Shown here one piece after another: positions 51,740 to 64,000 of a stretch of 64,000 nucleotides of DNA. The stretch is from Octopus sinensis. Taxonomy: Eukaryota. A program made the translations under genes and the position numbers. The stretch is taken from NCBI RefSeq assembly GCF_006345805.1, contig NC_043015.1, positions 24,242,001 to 24,306,000 of the forward strand, in the 5' to 3' direction. Position 1 is the first letter of the stretch; every line of letters begins with the position of its first letter. Below the pieces are notes generated by a model. That model saw only the letters and a program-made list of their open reading frames with translations, did no database searches and was not told the origin of the DNA.

Positions 51740-51940
51740 GGCGGTGAGCTGGCAGAATCGTTAGCACGCTGGACGAAATGATTATCAGTATTTCGCCCGT
51801 TGCTATGTTCTGAGTTCCAACGAGGTCGACTTAGCCTTTCTGGGTCGATAAAAATAAGTACCAGTTGAACACTGGGGTCGATGTAATCGACCCATCCTTT
51901 CTCCCCAAAGTTGCTGCCTTGTGGCAAAATTTGAAACCAT
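51739..51940 (+). mobile_element. SINE family A, full-length
   Basis: GGCGGTGAGCTGGCAGAATCGTTAGCACGC...GGGTCGATAAAAATAAGTACCAGTTG...AAATTTGAAACC. Confidence 0.92.
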
Positions 51941-53389
51941 TATTATTATTATTATTACTGTTGTTGTTAATATCGTTATTGTTCGTATTGTTATTATAAT
52001 CATCATTATTATTAATATTATTATTTAAAACAAAACCACAAAATAATAAAGAAATCTAACAAAATCTTCCTTCAGTCTCCCTTCATACATTGCTTCATAA
52101 GATTGTTTTTTTTTGTTTGTTTGCTTTTTCGTTTGTTTGTTTTTCTTTGTTTTTTGGTTTAGTTTTCCTCCACTTTCCTATTTTTATCATTGGTCTAGTA
52201 AATTCCAATTTTATTGAAATTTAATGGAAGCAACCCTACATTATATTTTGACTACTTAATGTCCACCAGTTGAGTTTAATGAAGTAATTTTATTTATTTG
52301 ATTGTTTAGTTTGATAATTTTCACAAAGTACTTTTCTAATTCACGTTATCGACATTTTCTTTTCTTTCTTCTTTTCTTTCTTTTTCACTTTTTTCCCCTT
52401 CTCTTTTCTCTTTCGGGGCTTCTTTCTTTCGGTTTTGATTTTTATGGTCGAATAATAAAGGTTGCTTGCCAAAACTGACATAGGCATTTAAGAGCTTTTA
52501 CACATCTGTGAACATTATTATTGTTGTTGTTGTTGTTTTTGTTATTATGATACTCATCACTATTATTATTATCATCATTATTTTCTTAAGCGTGTGTGTG
52601 CACGCGCGCGCGCGGTTAACCGTGACAATTTAATTGGTCTATATTTAACAATGGCACGATTGAGCTGTCTTCCAGAGGTTATGGTGCCGGCGATTTTACT
52701 AAATGTTCTAGCATCTACCACCATACCAATATTACTACTACTTCTACTACTACTACTACTACTTCTTCTTCTACTATTACTACTACTACTACTACTACTA
52801 CTACTGATGATGATGATGATGATGCAGCTACTCCTGCTACTTCCATCATCACCACTACCACTACTACTATATTTTAAATATCTGCAGATTGCAAATTTCT
52901 GCAGATAAAAGGAGAGGGGACAATAGTTATTGCATGTAATAGCAAAGTAAATTACAAACTCTGCCAGAAGCATCGTCACTGGCTCCACCCATTGTCACCA
53001 CTTGTGGTCATTTTCTGCCTGGTCACTCGAGCTGTTAAAAACAAATGTCATCACTTTCGAATCAATCCCTACCACCTTACAAACAAAAGTCTAAAGCAGC
53101 TGTGCATCTGTTGCGCTTTTATTAACAACACAGAAGATATGATTACGACTGGTGTGTTTGGTAATAGGTCAAATCACTCAGCACTGGCCTAGGGTTAAAA
53201 AACAACAACAAAAACAACGATATTCCGTATGTTCTTAATTTGACGGCTTTGTCTCTGGTTGGTTGATTGCTCACTTGCGGAATTGGATTAAATTAATAGT
53301 TATTATTTTGTTCGTGTTTCCAGAACGTCTGGAAAGACTTTGACAATTGATTGCTGGTCAATATGATTGACATTATTCACGTTTCACCT

Positions 53390-53690
53390 CACACGGCGGC
53401 GCAGTGGTTTGAGTAATAATAACATCATTATATTGTCCGACAAAATATCTTGAGGTATTAGTTCTGGTCTTCTGCTCACTGTGTTCAAATCCCACTTTAG
53501 CTAATCTCGCATTTCATCCATGCTAACCTCGCATTTCATCCATTCGGTGTCGATTAATAAAGTACTAGTGATTATTTGGAATTTATTTTCTCTGTGATCC
53601 ATAAAAGGACCGAGAAAAAAAAACATACAGATCGTGGCCCAAGTAACAATTTTACCAACACAATCTGGACCGGGGAAGAAAGACAAGTTA
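53390..53690 (+). mobile_element. SINE family A-related variant with a 22-bp internal tandem duplication
   Basis: GCAGTGGTT head, GTTCAAATCCC, (GCTAA.CTCGCATTTCATCCAT)x2, TCGGTGTCGATTAATAAAGTAC. Confidence 0.65.
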
Positions 53691-54317
53691 TGATATTTTA
53701 TTCAGTTAAGAGTTTCGTCGACTTTAATTATCATATCTCCGAAATAAAGAGAAAGAAAAGTTAACTTATAAGCGTATATGAGAAGCACTATGTTGATAAT
53801 AATTCCTCTTTCGCTAGAAACAGATTTTCCTCTTTTATGCTCCCTCTCATTTCAGTTATTTTAAAAGTAATCACCGAATTCTATAATAATTTAAGAAATA
53901 AACTCAAGCAAAAACGAGGTAATGATAAGTATAAAGTAACACAGGCTTGGTCAGATACACTGCGAGGAACTCTGTCCGTGACTGTTGAAAAACAGCAGTG
54001 AGAATCTTGGTAAGGAAGGAATTCCTCACACTTGATATTCAACGGATGAAAATCAAGGTGTCTTAGAATATGAGGATGAGGAAGAGTAGAGTTGGTAAGT
54101 AGAGAAAAGTCGTGTTTTTACATGTTTAAAACTAATGGTTTTAGTATCCACTAGATCTGAACAAAGCCACTTATAAGTATGAAGTACGGGAAATAGTTTT
54201 ATAGATTATAAGATTGGCGATAGATTGGGGAAGAGAAGGGAGGCAAATTATCACCGTCCAAGCCTACTCCACATCCTTATCTTGAGGCTTACCTGTCGCT
54301 ACTCTTCAATGTATATG

Positions 54318-54352
<35 letters not shown>

Positions 54353-54391
<39 letters not shown>

Positions 54392-54437
54392 TAATAATAA
54401 TAATAATAATGATAATAATAATAATAAAATAATAATA

Positions 54438-54478
<41 letters not shown>

Positions 54479-54487
54479 TAATAATAA

Positions 54488-54518
<31 letters not shown>

Positions 54519-54531
54519 AAGAAGAAGAAGA
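54353..54531. repeat. (AAT)n followed by (GAA)n
   Basis: Direct reading. Confidence 0.95.
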
Positions 54532-54551
54532 GAAAATAGAGAAGTTTTTAA

Positions 54552-55990
54552 TAAATCTATTAACAAAAAATTGACAAACATCCCTTACAGCTGTTTCAAT
54601 TCAGACCCTCAGAAAATTAATTAATTTAAAAATTGCTTGAAAGTCGAATCTCTTCAGATGTAGATAAAGATATACGAAATAGGTGTTCAATCTCTGCATG
54701 TTGAGTAAGCAGCTACAAACCGTTTACTCATGAAAGAACATAGCATATAAATAGTAGAACCCTTAGAGGGGAGTAAAGTTGATTATAATGGAGTCGTGAG
54801 TCGTAAAACAATACACGCATCTGAAGTGTTATGTATAAGAAAGCTCAAGTAGGTGTAATTGGTAAAAATGTTATATTGTGCTGTTATGTCACTTCTTATT
54901 AAATCAATATAAACTTAGTATGTAGTGATTATTTCACCTGTCGCAATGATGTGAGTTTAAATTCCACCGAGGCCGACTCTTCCTTTCATCCTTTAGGGGT
55001 CGATAATTTAAGTACCAGTAAACACTGGGTCGATGTAATCGATTATCCCCCTCTCCTAAATTTGAGGCCTTGTGCCTATAGTAGAAAGGCTATAATTAAG
55101 GTGGAAGACATTCAGGCAATCTAATTAAAAGAGAAGTAAGAATATTGACTTAATGTTAGAGTATATAAAAATTATAGATAAAAACATAAAGTACGATAAA
55201 TAAAAGAAAATAGAGAAGAGAGTGAAAATAGATAGAAAGAGAAAAAAAATAAATAAATAAATAGAGAATTATAAATTATTACTCTACACTCCCTTAAAAA
55301 TTTATTATTGAGCTAGACTAATAAAGACTAAGAACTATTGGACAAAATTTAATTTATACATTTCACATATGTAATGTTCGTATAATGAATTAGCGGATGT
55401 AAATATGTTAAGTTGCTCATGTACGGAGGTATGGTATTTGACATAAATAAATAAATACAAAAATAGGAATTAAAGGGATTAAAAATATGCTAATAAAAGT
55501 GATAATAAGAGCTTAAATATGGGTCAATTCAACAAGTTGAATTTATTAAGAAGAAATATCTAAATAGTTAAATATATAAATAGTTGAATATAAAACTCTC
55601 AAAACCGGAATTAGGTTTTAATATAGAGATGAATGGCTAAAGAAAATCTAGGAATAATCTAATTTAGGGACATACCAAAGCGAAAGCAGATAGAACTAAA
55701 TAATTGTTAATTTACAGTGAGTTAGAAAATAGCGACATGTTTGGTTCATACAGTACAATTAATTCGATTTAGAGGGAAAAGCTTACGAAAAACTAGGAAC
55801 AAACTAAATTAGGGACTTAAAATTTTTATACACATGAGATAGACATGCGTATAAAGAGAGAGAAGGGGTATATATAAGAATTATAAAAGTTAGTATCTGC
55901 TTACTAGGAGATAATTTAATTGATTAATTTTCTGAGGGTCTGAATTGAAACAGCTGCAAGGGGTTTGTCAATATTTTAATTAATGAATAA
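54552..55990. mobile_element. ~75-bp inverted repeats bracketing ~1.3 kb; possible Penelope-like relic with inverted pseudo-LTRs
   Basis: 34-bp identical core ATTAATTTTCTGAGGGTCTGAATTGAAACAGCTG at 54588-54621(-) and 55923-55956(+). Confidence 0.6.
54945..55092 (+). mobile_element. SINE family A, 5'-truncated
   Basis: CCTTTCATCCTTTAGGGGTCGATAATTTAAGTACCAG...GGCCTTGTGCCTATAGTAGAAAGG. Confidence 0.85.
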
Positions 55991-56192
55991 TAATTTATTA
56001 ATTACCTCTCTATTTTCTCATCTTATTATAACAAATATATATAAACCACGGTTTATATAGTTAGTTTGCAGTTGAATATTAACTGTAATGTTCAATATTC
56101 TTTGTATAGGCAACTAGCCAGTACTTTCATAGGATTTTGCTATCCTTCAGTGAGGTTTGTAACCTTTAATTGTACTTATACACCCCGCTTTC

Positions 56193-56321
<129 letters not shown>

Positions 56322-57423
56322 TTAGTTCAGATACGTTTCGAACATACTAGTTCGGTACAAATGTCGTACTCACCGTTGCTTGGCGTGGAGAAAAATTCTC
56401 ACTTTAGACAATAAGTGTTAGAAAACGTACCAGCCATTATCACAAGGTACCCTCAGACGGAAATGGTGAATGCATTTCTGTTTCTTTTTCGCTATCATCA
56501 GCAACGTGTACCGCAAGAGAGACAACCCTGAAATGACTTCCGGGAAGTTAATTTCTTTATAGTTTGTTTTTGCTTTTTTTTTCTGTTCTTGTTTTAATAG
56601 CTATAAGGTAAATTGAGAATTCTTTGTAACAATAAATACGGCGACGGTTGAAGTGAAATATGTCCGAAATATATATGAACTGATCTGAATGTTTATTCAC
56701 AACACTGCTACCTACATACATACATACATACATACATACATACATGCATACATGCATACATGCAAATGAACTCGCTGCTCCAGGATTCACACTGATGTCT
56801 TTTCTCCCCTCAGATCAGATCTATAGTTAGATATCCTCAAGCTGCATTTACCATCCTAGTCTTGGAGAATCTACAATAACCAAAGACATTGCTACTTTTC
56901 ATTTAAATAAATTATTTTAAGAAAACGAAATACAGATGAAAAAATAGAGAAAACGCTTTCGAATGGCGTGCCTTCAATGATAGAATATATGACTGTGGAA
57001 TCTGAATTAAACTCGGTTAAATAAAAAATTATGACAAATCAGTGAGAAACCAGTAATTAGAGACATTCAGAAATTTCTCTCACCATTTCACACATTTGAC
57101 CAAAATCTTGTTGCTGCAAATAGAATTCCTTTAGTTGAGAAAAATTTCAAAAACTTTTTCAATTTTCAGTTTGTGAATAGGTAAATAAATGTGGGGACCA
57201 AAATTGAAATATCTTTCATCAGAGTAATAGTTTTGGTTCGGAACTTAACTGAAACTAAACATTAACGAATGCTTAGAAATATGATATTTCAAATTCGATT
57301 AATTAAAGATGAACATTCTACTATTTTCTATCCATTCGTTTGCCAGTCTGTATATAGCAATATCACTTTCTATATATAATAACGATATATATATATATAT
57401 ATATATACAGACACAGAGAGAGA

Positions 57424-57478
<55 letters not shown>

Positions 57479-57481
57479 TAC

Positions 57482-57536
<55 letters not shown>

Positions 57537-57994
57537 CAGATAGATAGATAGATAGATAGATAGATAGTATTATTGTGTACATTTGCACCAATAAACTGAA
57601 ACCTAACACAATACAGCTATTCAATAATATTAATGGCTTTTTTTAAATGTTTTCTCTAAAATACCTTTCTCTATTATGATCCGCAGTTCGATATACAATT
57701 GATTTCAGACTCTAAATTCCAACAAAGACACGGTACGGAATGAGAGAGAGGAGAGAAGGAATAAGAGAGTTCAATAAGACAAAAAGAGTGAACTCGAAAC
57801 CCCACTCAACTCAAAATACAAATAAATTTTACTTTCTGAATGTATACAATCCACGCCATCATTAAATGTTTTGTTGCTAAACAGATATAGCTAATAATAC
57901 ACACGTATACACTTGCGCGCGCTCAGGTGCGTACGCCGGTACGTACGCATGTACGTGCGTACATGCATACATACATGCATACACGCACATGCAC

Positions 57995-58130
<136 letters not shown>

Positions 58131-58749
58131 ACTTAGTTTTGCTCTTAGTTCCTTCCTGACGATTAGCCTTCACATTGGGCCTCAAGTCGTAGCGATTTGT
58201 TAGTAGTGCGCTAATATGCAGAACGAACATTTCATCACTGCGACTTGTGGCAGGCGATATGCGGAAAGTTGCAAATCTAGAGTTTCTGCAAGAGATATCT
58301 TTTTTTTCTCTAGTATAGGTACAAGGCCTGAATTTTGGGGCCAGAAAAATTATATCGGTTTTCTTTTTTATCGACCACAAAATGATGGAAAGCAAAGTAG
58401 TCATTGGCTGCATTTGAACTCACAACGTAATGAGCCGGAGAAATGTCGCCATTTTGTCAAGCTCGGTAATAACTCTGCCTGTTCGTCGTCAGAGTTATAT
58501 GTACAATATACCCAAGTTGGGTTCATCAAAGCTAAAATATCCAGGGTCATAATTTTACTCTATCAGGATTGACCTAAACGGAACAACAAAATTTACGCAC
58601 TGAACATAGAAGCTAGTTGATGCCAGAAAAATAATTAAAGAGGTCTTCAATGGGAATTGAACTCAGAACATAAAATAACTAAAGAGTATCGTGTATATTA
58701 AATAACAGTCTACTAGTTCTGCTTAATCCAGAGATCATGAAACTCTCAG

Positions 58750-58970
58750 TTGCAAATTTTGGCAGAAAGCCAGCAATTTTTGAGTAGAGGGCTAAGTCAA
58801 TTACATTGACACCCTAGTGATCAACTGGTACTACTTATTTTATCGACTCCGAAAGGATGAAAGGTAAATTCGATCTCAGCAGAAGATGGACATTCCGAAC
58901 GTAAAAACGGACTAAATCCTGATAAGCATTTCGTTTGGTACGCTAACGAATCTGCCAACCCAGCGCCTTA
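58750..58970 (-). mobile_element. SINE family A, full-length (another degenerate minus copy at ~58305-58495)
   Basis: CAACTGGTACTACTTATTTTATCGACTCCGAAAGGATGAAAGG...GCTAACGAATCTGCCA. Confidence 0.85.
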
Positions 58971-59488
58971 AATTTATAAAAATATTAGCATGAGGCCAAA
59001 TTAGCATGAGGCTAAAAATTAGGCGATGTGTACGGTTGATGATAGTATTATATCATCGATCCCCAGAAATATGATGGGCAATGCTGGACTGAGTGAGGTT
59101 TAGGCTCAGATAGTAAAGAGCAAGCTATATTGTCCAATGTTTTACCAATTTCGGTAATTTACTGTCTATAAGTAATATTTCGTAACAAAGGCGTATGGCC
59201 AGAATTTTTCATGGAGAGCAACCATTGATTATGTGTACGTCAGTACTTGACTGGTACTCTAAAAACCAAAGTTGACGTTAGTCACATCTGAATTCTAACT
59301 ATTACCAATACACAAAATTTGCAGTCCTGAATAACAAATGCTTTCAAATTTAGGTTCAAAGATAGCAGTTCTAAGTGCAAAGGTTAATTGATACGGTGAA
59401 CGCCATTACTTGGTGCTTTAGTTTATCAACCGTGGAGAGATGCAAAGCAAAGTTAACCTCAGCAACACTTGAACTCTTAATGTAATAC

Positions 59489-59562
59489 CGCACGGCATTA
59501 TTTTCTTTCGATGCTCTACTGATTCTACAAAACTACTCCAGTCATTGTCCATATTAATGATA
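59489..59562 (-). CDS. Candidate exon containing a possible start codon
   Basis: Long pyrimidine-rich acceptor ...CCAATATCCTTAG, donor GCG|GTATTA; ATG at 59552 gives MDNDWSSFVESVEHRKKIMPC. Confidence 0.25.
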
Positions 59563-60746
59563 CTAAGGATATTGGCAGTAAAATATGAGGAATGGAAAAC
59601 CGAACTAACATTGCATAAAGTATAAATAAATACTGTTTCTAAAATAACGAGCAATTAATTAACAAAAATTTTAAGAAAACACAATAAGTTTTACAAAAGA
59701 TGTTTTTTTTCGTGGCGAAGTCTTAATTAGTTGTTGAGAATATCTAAGGATATTCGTGAAATTATTTCGGCAGCAAGCAGAATCTCATATTTTTCACCAT
59801 CTGTACATTCTCAGGGTTTTCAACTTCCTCTTTGTATGTCTTTAGTTGGAGTCATTAAAATGAAATGAAATTCTTCGACGTATTATTCTTTCGACTGTTG
59901 ATATTTGTTTCTCTTTGAAAAAATCTTGTTTGATGCTTTCTATTTACGTTCTTCATCATCATCATCATCTTTATTATTGTTATTATTATTATGCTTTTGT
60001 TTCTGATTCATTTCTTCAGGAGGATTTCATTTTCACAAATCTTATTCCTTAGTGACAGTTTGTTTGGTAAAACAATAACTTCCAGCTATGTTCAGACTTT
60101 CTCTTTTTTAAACACATTTCATTGTCTCCCTTAAGCTGTCATGCCTCCAAATCCGACTTCTCTAACTTTCATCACAATTACTACTTGACATTTAGCTTTT
60201 AGTAATCTATATTCTCCATTGTTAGAGAGATTTTATTTCACTATTTTTGCTCCATGATATTCTGCATGCGTTTATTAGTCGTTGTTATTATGTTTGCGTT
60301 TTTGCTTTCTTCTTTATATTATTTCGAATGTTTAGTTGATTAATTACTTCAGTCCTTCTCCTGACACATTCCAGTAGTGTGTGAGTAGAGTGAATCCCGT
60401 CACCAAACACTACCACCACCGCCAAATACCACCAGCGCCGCCGCCGCCACCACCACCACCGCCACCACACACACAGACACACACACCACACACACTGTCA
60501 GTAAACACCAGCACCAACGACGGCGGTTTTGCCTTTTCATTTCCTCAGATTCTTAGATTAACCAAATTTCATTTGTATATTTTTCTTTTGGAAATATTCT
60601 CCAATATTTTGATTATCGGATTGTATTCTTGCTGCTACTGTTGTAAACGGTGTTGTTGTGGAATGTTCTCTGGTCCTAATACAGGCATATATGCATTCAA
60701 TTATATGCACTTATATAGGGATATATCTATCTATCTATCTCCCTCC

Positions 60747-60875
<129 letters not shown>

Positions 60876-61232
60876 ACGCATATGTCTATATATTTATTTA
60901 TATATGTTCATATATATGACTTTATATAGATATCCATGCATTTATATATGTTCATGAGTGTGTGTGTGTGTATAATGATTTCCTAACACAAACCAACTAT
61001 TAGATGAAATGTTCTTTGTCCTCTCCCTGCCATTCATGTCACAACTACGTTCGCCTACGTGTCTGGTTCTTCTCTCGTTTCATGCCACCTCCACTCACAC
61101 TCTCCTCACTTTTATGCCTTTCCTAACCTCTTCATCCATATTCTGCGGTCCCACAACAGCCTGCATTAAACACTGCACCAAGTCGGACCACTGACATGCC
61201 GGTTCTACATATGTCTTTCTCACTGCAGCAGT

Positions 61233-61470
61233 TTAACCCTTTTGCTACATAAACATCGTCTGAAACACTCTGTCGTTGTTTCAATTAATTTTGTAAATAA
61301 TAAAGACGTTAGCAAAATAATTTAGTTCTAATTAAGGATTAAATTAACATGAAAGTTTGATGGAAGGATTTAATTTAGATCATTTTGTTTCACAGACACA
61401 CAGTTCGTTTCGGGCGGGTTGGTAACGCTGATATAAACATTTAAAGCTATATTCCAGAGAAATATGAAGT
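61233..61470 (+). mobile_element. piggyBac-like MITE, degenerate right end
   Basis: Begins TTAA|CCCTTT; body shared with 4612-4843 and ~37980-38095. Confidence 0.65.
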
Positions 61471-61491
61471 AGTATTGTTGCATTTCGGGAC

Positions 61492-61785
61492 GGTCATTTT
61501 TTTGCCAAATAAACACACGCACTATATATATTTTTCTTCACTCGTTTATTACTGTTCTTATATTATTATTTTAACTCAAGTTCATTATCCGTAAATCTTT
61601 CGTCACACATCTCTGTCCTCTCCAGCGACAACTTTCGTTTTCACTGAAGAGGTCATAGATGTGTGACGAAAGATTTCCGGACAATGGACAGGAGTTAAAA
61701 TAATAAAATAAGAACAGTAATAGACGAGTGAAAAAGAAATATATAGTGCATGAGTTCATTTGGCAATAAAAAAAAAGAAGTGACC
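61492..61785. mobile_element. Foldback MITE with ~120-bp imperfect arms
   Basis: AAATCTTTCGTCACACATCT / AGATGTGTGACGAAAGATTT inner ends; GGTCA...GCCAAAT outer ends; ~44-nt loop. Confidence 0.85.
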
Positions 61786-61949
61786 ACCTTGAAATAAAAC
61801 AATATTTGTTTCAAAACCTGATTTCGCATCAATCATCTTGCAAAACGAATTAATATGAAATAGTAAATCGATTGAACAGCCCATTCCCCAGCCATTTTAA
61901 CTGAATTTCCATTTTTCCTTTGCTCTCTTCAATTTACCTCCATCTTTGA

Positions 61950-62690
61950 TTCAGCTAAAATCAGAAACTGCAATACCAAAATAACACGCTTGAGCGTACA
62001 CGATTGTAAACTCTTTTTCTCTACGTTTAGTAGCCACATTGTCCCAGATGTGGCAAGCGTATCCAGTCGCAGGTTTCATCCAAGGATTAGCAGCTGATGT
62101 GGAAAACATACACTCTAAAGAGTGAGAAAGCTGTTTCGAACGTGTATTCATCAGAAAAGACATTCGTTGAGATTGAGACTTAAATCCCAAAGAGATTGCG
62201 ATGACACTAATCACCTTTTTTTCGTGGTTTATGTTTTGTTTTTAGTAATGTGTAAGTATTTTCCCTTTTCAAGGAACAAATTGCCTGATCGAACTGAAAG
62301 GCATGGCAGATGTCTTTGTTCACAAAATTCTACAGATGTAATGTGAAGTTAGGATTAGGGGTACAGTACGGAATTGCATATGGACAGTGCTTTGGTACAG
62401 GAAGATAGGACGGAATGGAGAGTGGTATCACCTGCGTGGGAGTGAGGGTTGTTGGAAAGGATGTACAGGATTAAGTAAGAGATGGCGAGAAAAAGCAAAA
62501 AACAAACCCCGTGACAGAACAGAGTTTTGCAAGCACGGAAGAAGAAAGAGCCGTCGGCCCACCCCAAGGCTATATAATGAGATCGAACAGGAAAGCACTG
62601 ATTCGACAGAGGAAAGCGTCTTGAGAGAACACTTAGAGCTAAAACTGATCGAAAGTATTGCTTATGTCATTGACACCAGCGCCATCTAGT
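61950..62690 (-). mobile_element. CR1/L2-type LINE RT relic
   Basis: LFLAISYLI...NPHSHAGDTTLH (degenerate HSYADD) and MKPATGYACHIW (RP.MEY.CHIW-like). Confidence 0.65.
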
Positions 62691-63191
62691 TTTGTGAGTG
62701 TAAGAGCTCATTGGTCAGTGAAATAATGAAATAGATCATTAGCAATCTGCTTTGTGAATGTCATATTGGTGATCGATTTTGAAGTGCGAGAGATTCAAAG
62801 TTAAAATGGGGCGTTTTAGAATTATCTGTTTCCATCACATTTTTGATATTTGAAGGTGGATAAGATTTTAATTAACGCAATCAAAACAATAGCCCTTCTT
62901 CTGAACGAAGTATACTGTACCGGCTTTACAAGGTTTGACATATATTCCTATAAACCCGACAGAGAGAAAAGGAAACGACTATTTTGGTGAGTATGGTGCT
63001 TCACATCTTAGCTGCACCGTTTGACCGTAAATAAAGGTACATTGTCAGGGCAGAGAATTTACGGCTTCTGCAAAATGTTGTCCATTAAATTGCACTTTTA
63101 AACAATTGATCAACTGGTGATTGTAACAGAAAATACTCAGATTGCCAAGTTGTCGGACTAAGTTAACGGCAGCCATACGGTATTAAATGAG

Positions 63192-63272
<81 letters not shown>

Positions 63273-64000
63273 TATATTTATACTAGCAAAGCCTCCCCAC
63301 GTCCATTAGGTGAAGAGAGTTAACTTGAACGGTGTTAAGTTGTGCACATGTTTTGTGATTGTATGGGATTGTTACTTTTGGTTAGTGTATGTGTGTATTT
63401 ATATGTATCAGCCGAAATTGCTAGGATGATCCGGTTCTTGACTGAAGATTGAAGGCTTCGAATGTACCGTCCGTGTTTTTGGTATCGTCTTCTAAATGTT
63501 TTACGTTCTTGTCCCAGTTTGTATTTTTCTACATATAATATATATACATATATATATATATATATGTGTGTGTGTGTTTATGTGTGTGTAAGATGGTAAC
63601 GTGTCCTCAAAGAATGAACTCACAGAAAATGGGCGTGCTGTTATTGTTGCAGTTGTTAAGATCCCGTTCCAGCTTTGATCAATCAGCGGCCCACGATGCA
63701 AGGCATCCTACTTGTAATCTTCCTGCGATTACCCAAAATGGCCATGCTTTATAAAAACGGTAATGTGCTATTTGAGGAGACGTTTTGCTGCTATTTTTAC
63801 CAGACAGCACCAATGCTTAAAGACATCCTCGCCCCTTTATCTCTTTTATTTCAGCATTGTTCAATCGTATTTATCCTATCATCCATTTACTCAGCTTTTA
63901 AACATAAATTTATGTACTGCGGCAATCACGTTGCTTTTAGCTTTAGAAGCTAAAAAAATCTCTTTTTTGTTGTTGTTTTTTGTTTTCATGCTTAGTTCTT

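Noticed and set aside
58133-58285. 153-nt minus-strand candidate exon (NSRFATFRISPATSRSDEMFVLH...)
   Set aside because: The donor is supplied by the edge of a (GATA)n tract, the acceptor abuts a SINE end, and the phase is incompatible with the neighbouring candidate.
59995-60025. CTGAAGA...GAAA on the minus strand
   Set aside because: No viable stem II loop, stem III or cleavage triplet.

Overview
AT-rich eukaryotic genomic DNA with no prokaryotic-type genes, CRISPR arrays, rRNA or intact tRNA genes. The repeat complement resembles an Octopus (coleoid cephalopod) genome; this is inferred from remembered repeat families, not from a search. Most of the window is intron-like or intergenic. It holds dozens of microsatellites, at least four tRNA-derived SINE families (CORE-, Meta- and V-domain-like bodies), 5'-truncated LINE relics (RTE, Tx1/L1, CR1/L2, R4/Dong), two mariner relics and several foldback/MITE elements. 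Almost all ORFs in the supplied track are microsatellite or repeat artefacts. Several short minus-strand segments with good splice sites and an open frame (best: 3919-4038, 35796-35888, 36817-36886, 39478-39815) suggest a long-intron protein-coding gene that I cannot identify. The main points for follow-up are: (i) a 184/185-identical inverted repeat at 14442-14930; (ii) two adjacent, apparently unrelated elements at 30.2-31.6 kb sharing an A...B-A'-B' interlocked inverted-repeat layout reminiscent of DIRS ITR/ICR architecture; (iii) a tRNA-headed SINE ending in a Penelope-type minimal hammerhead motif, plus other hammerhead-like relics; (iv) Tx1 and R4/Dong relics sitting inside (AAT)n tracts; and (v) local inverted duplications that repeatedly start at (TA)n tracts. 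Coordinates of degenerate repeats are approximate and all alignments were done by eye.
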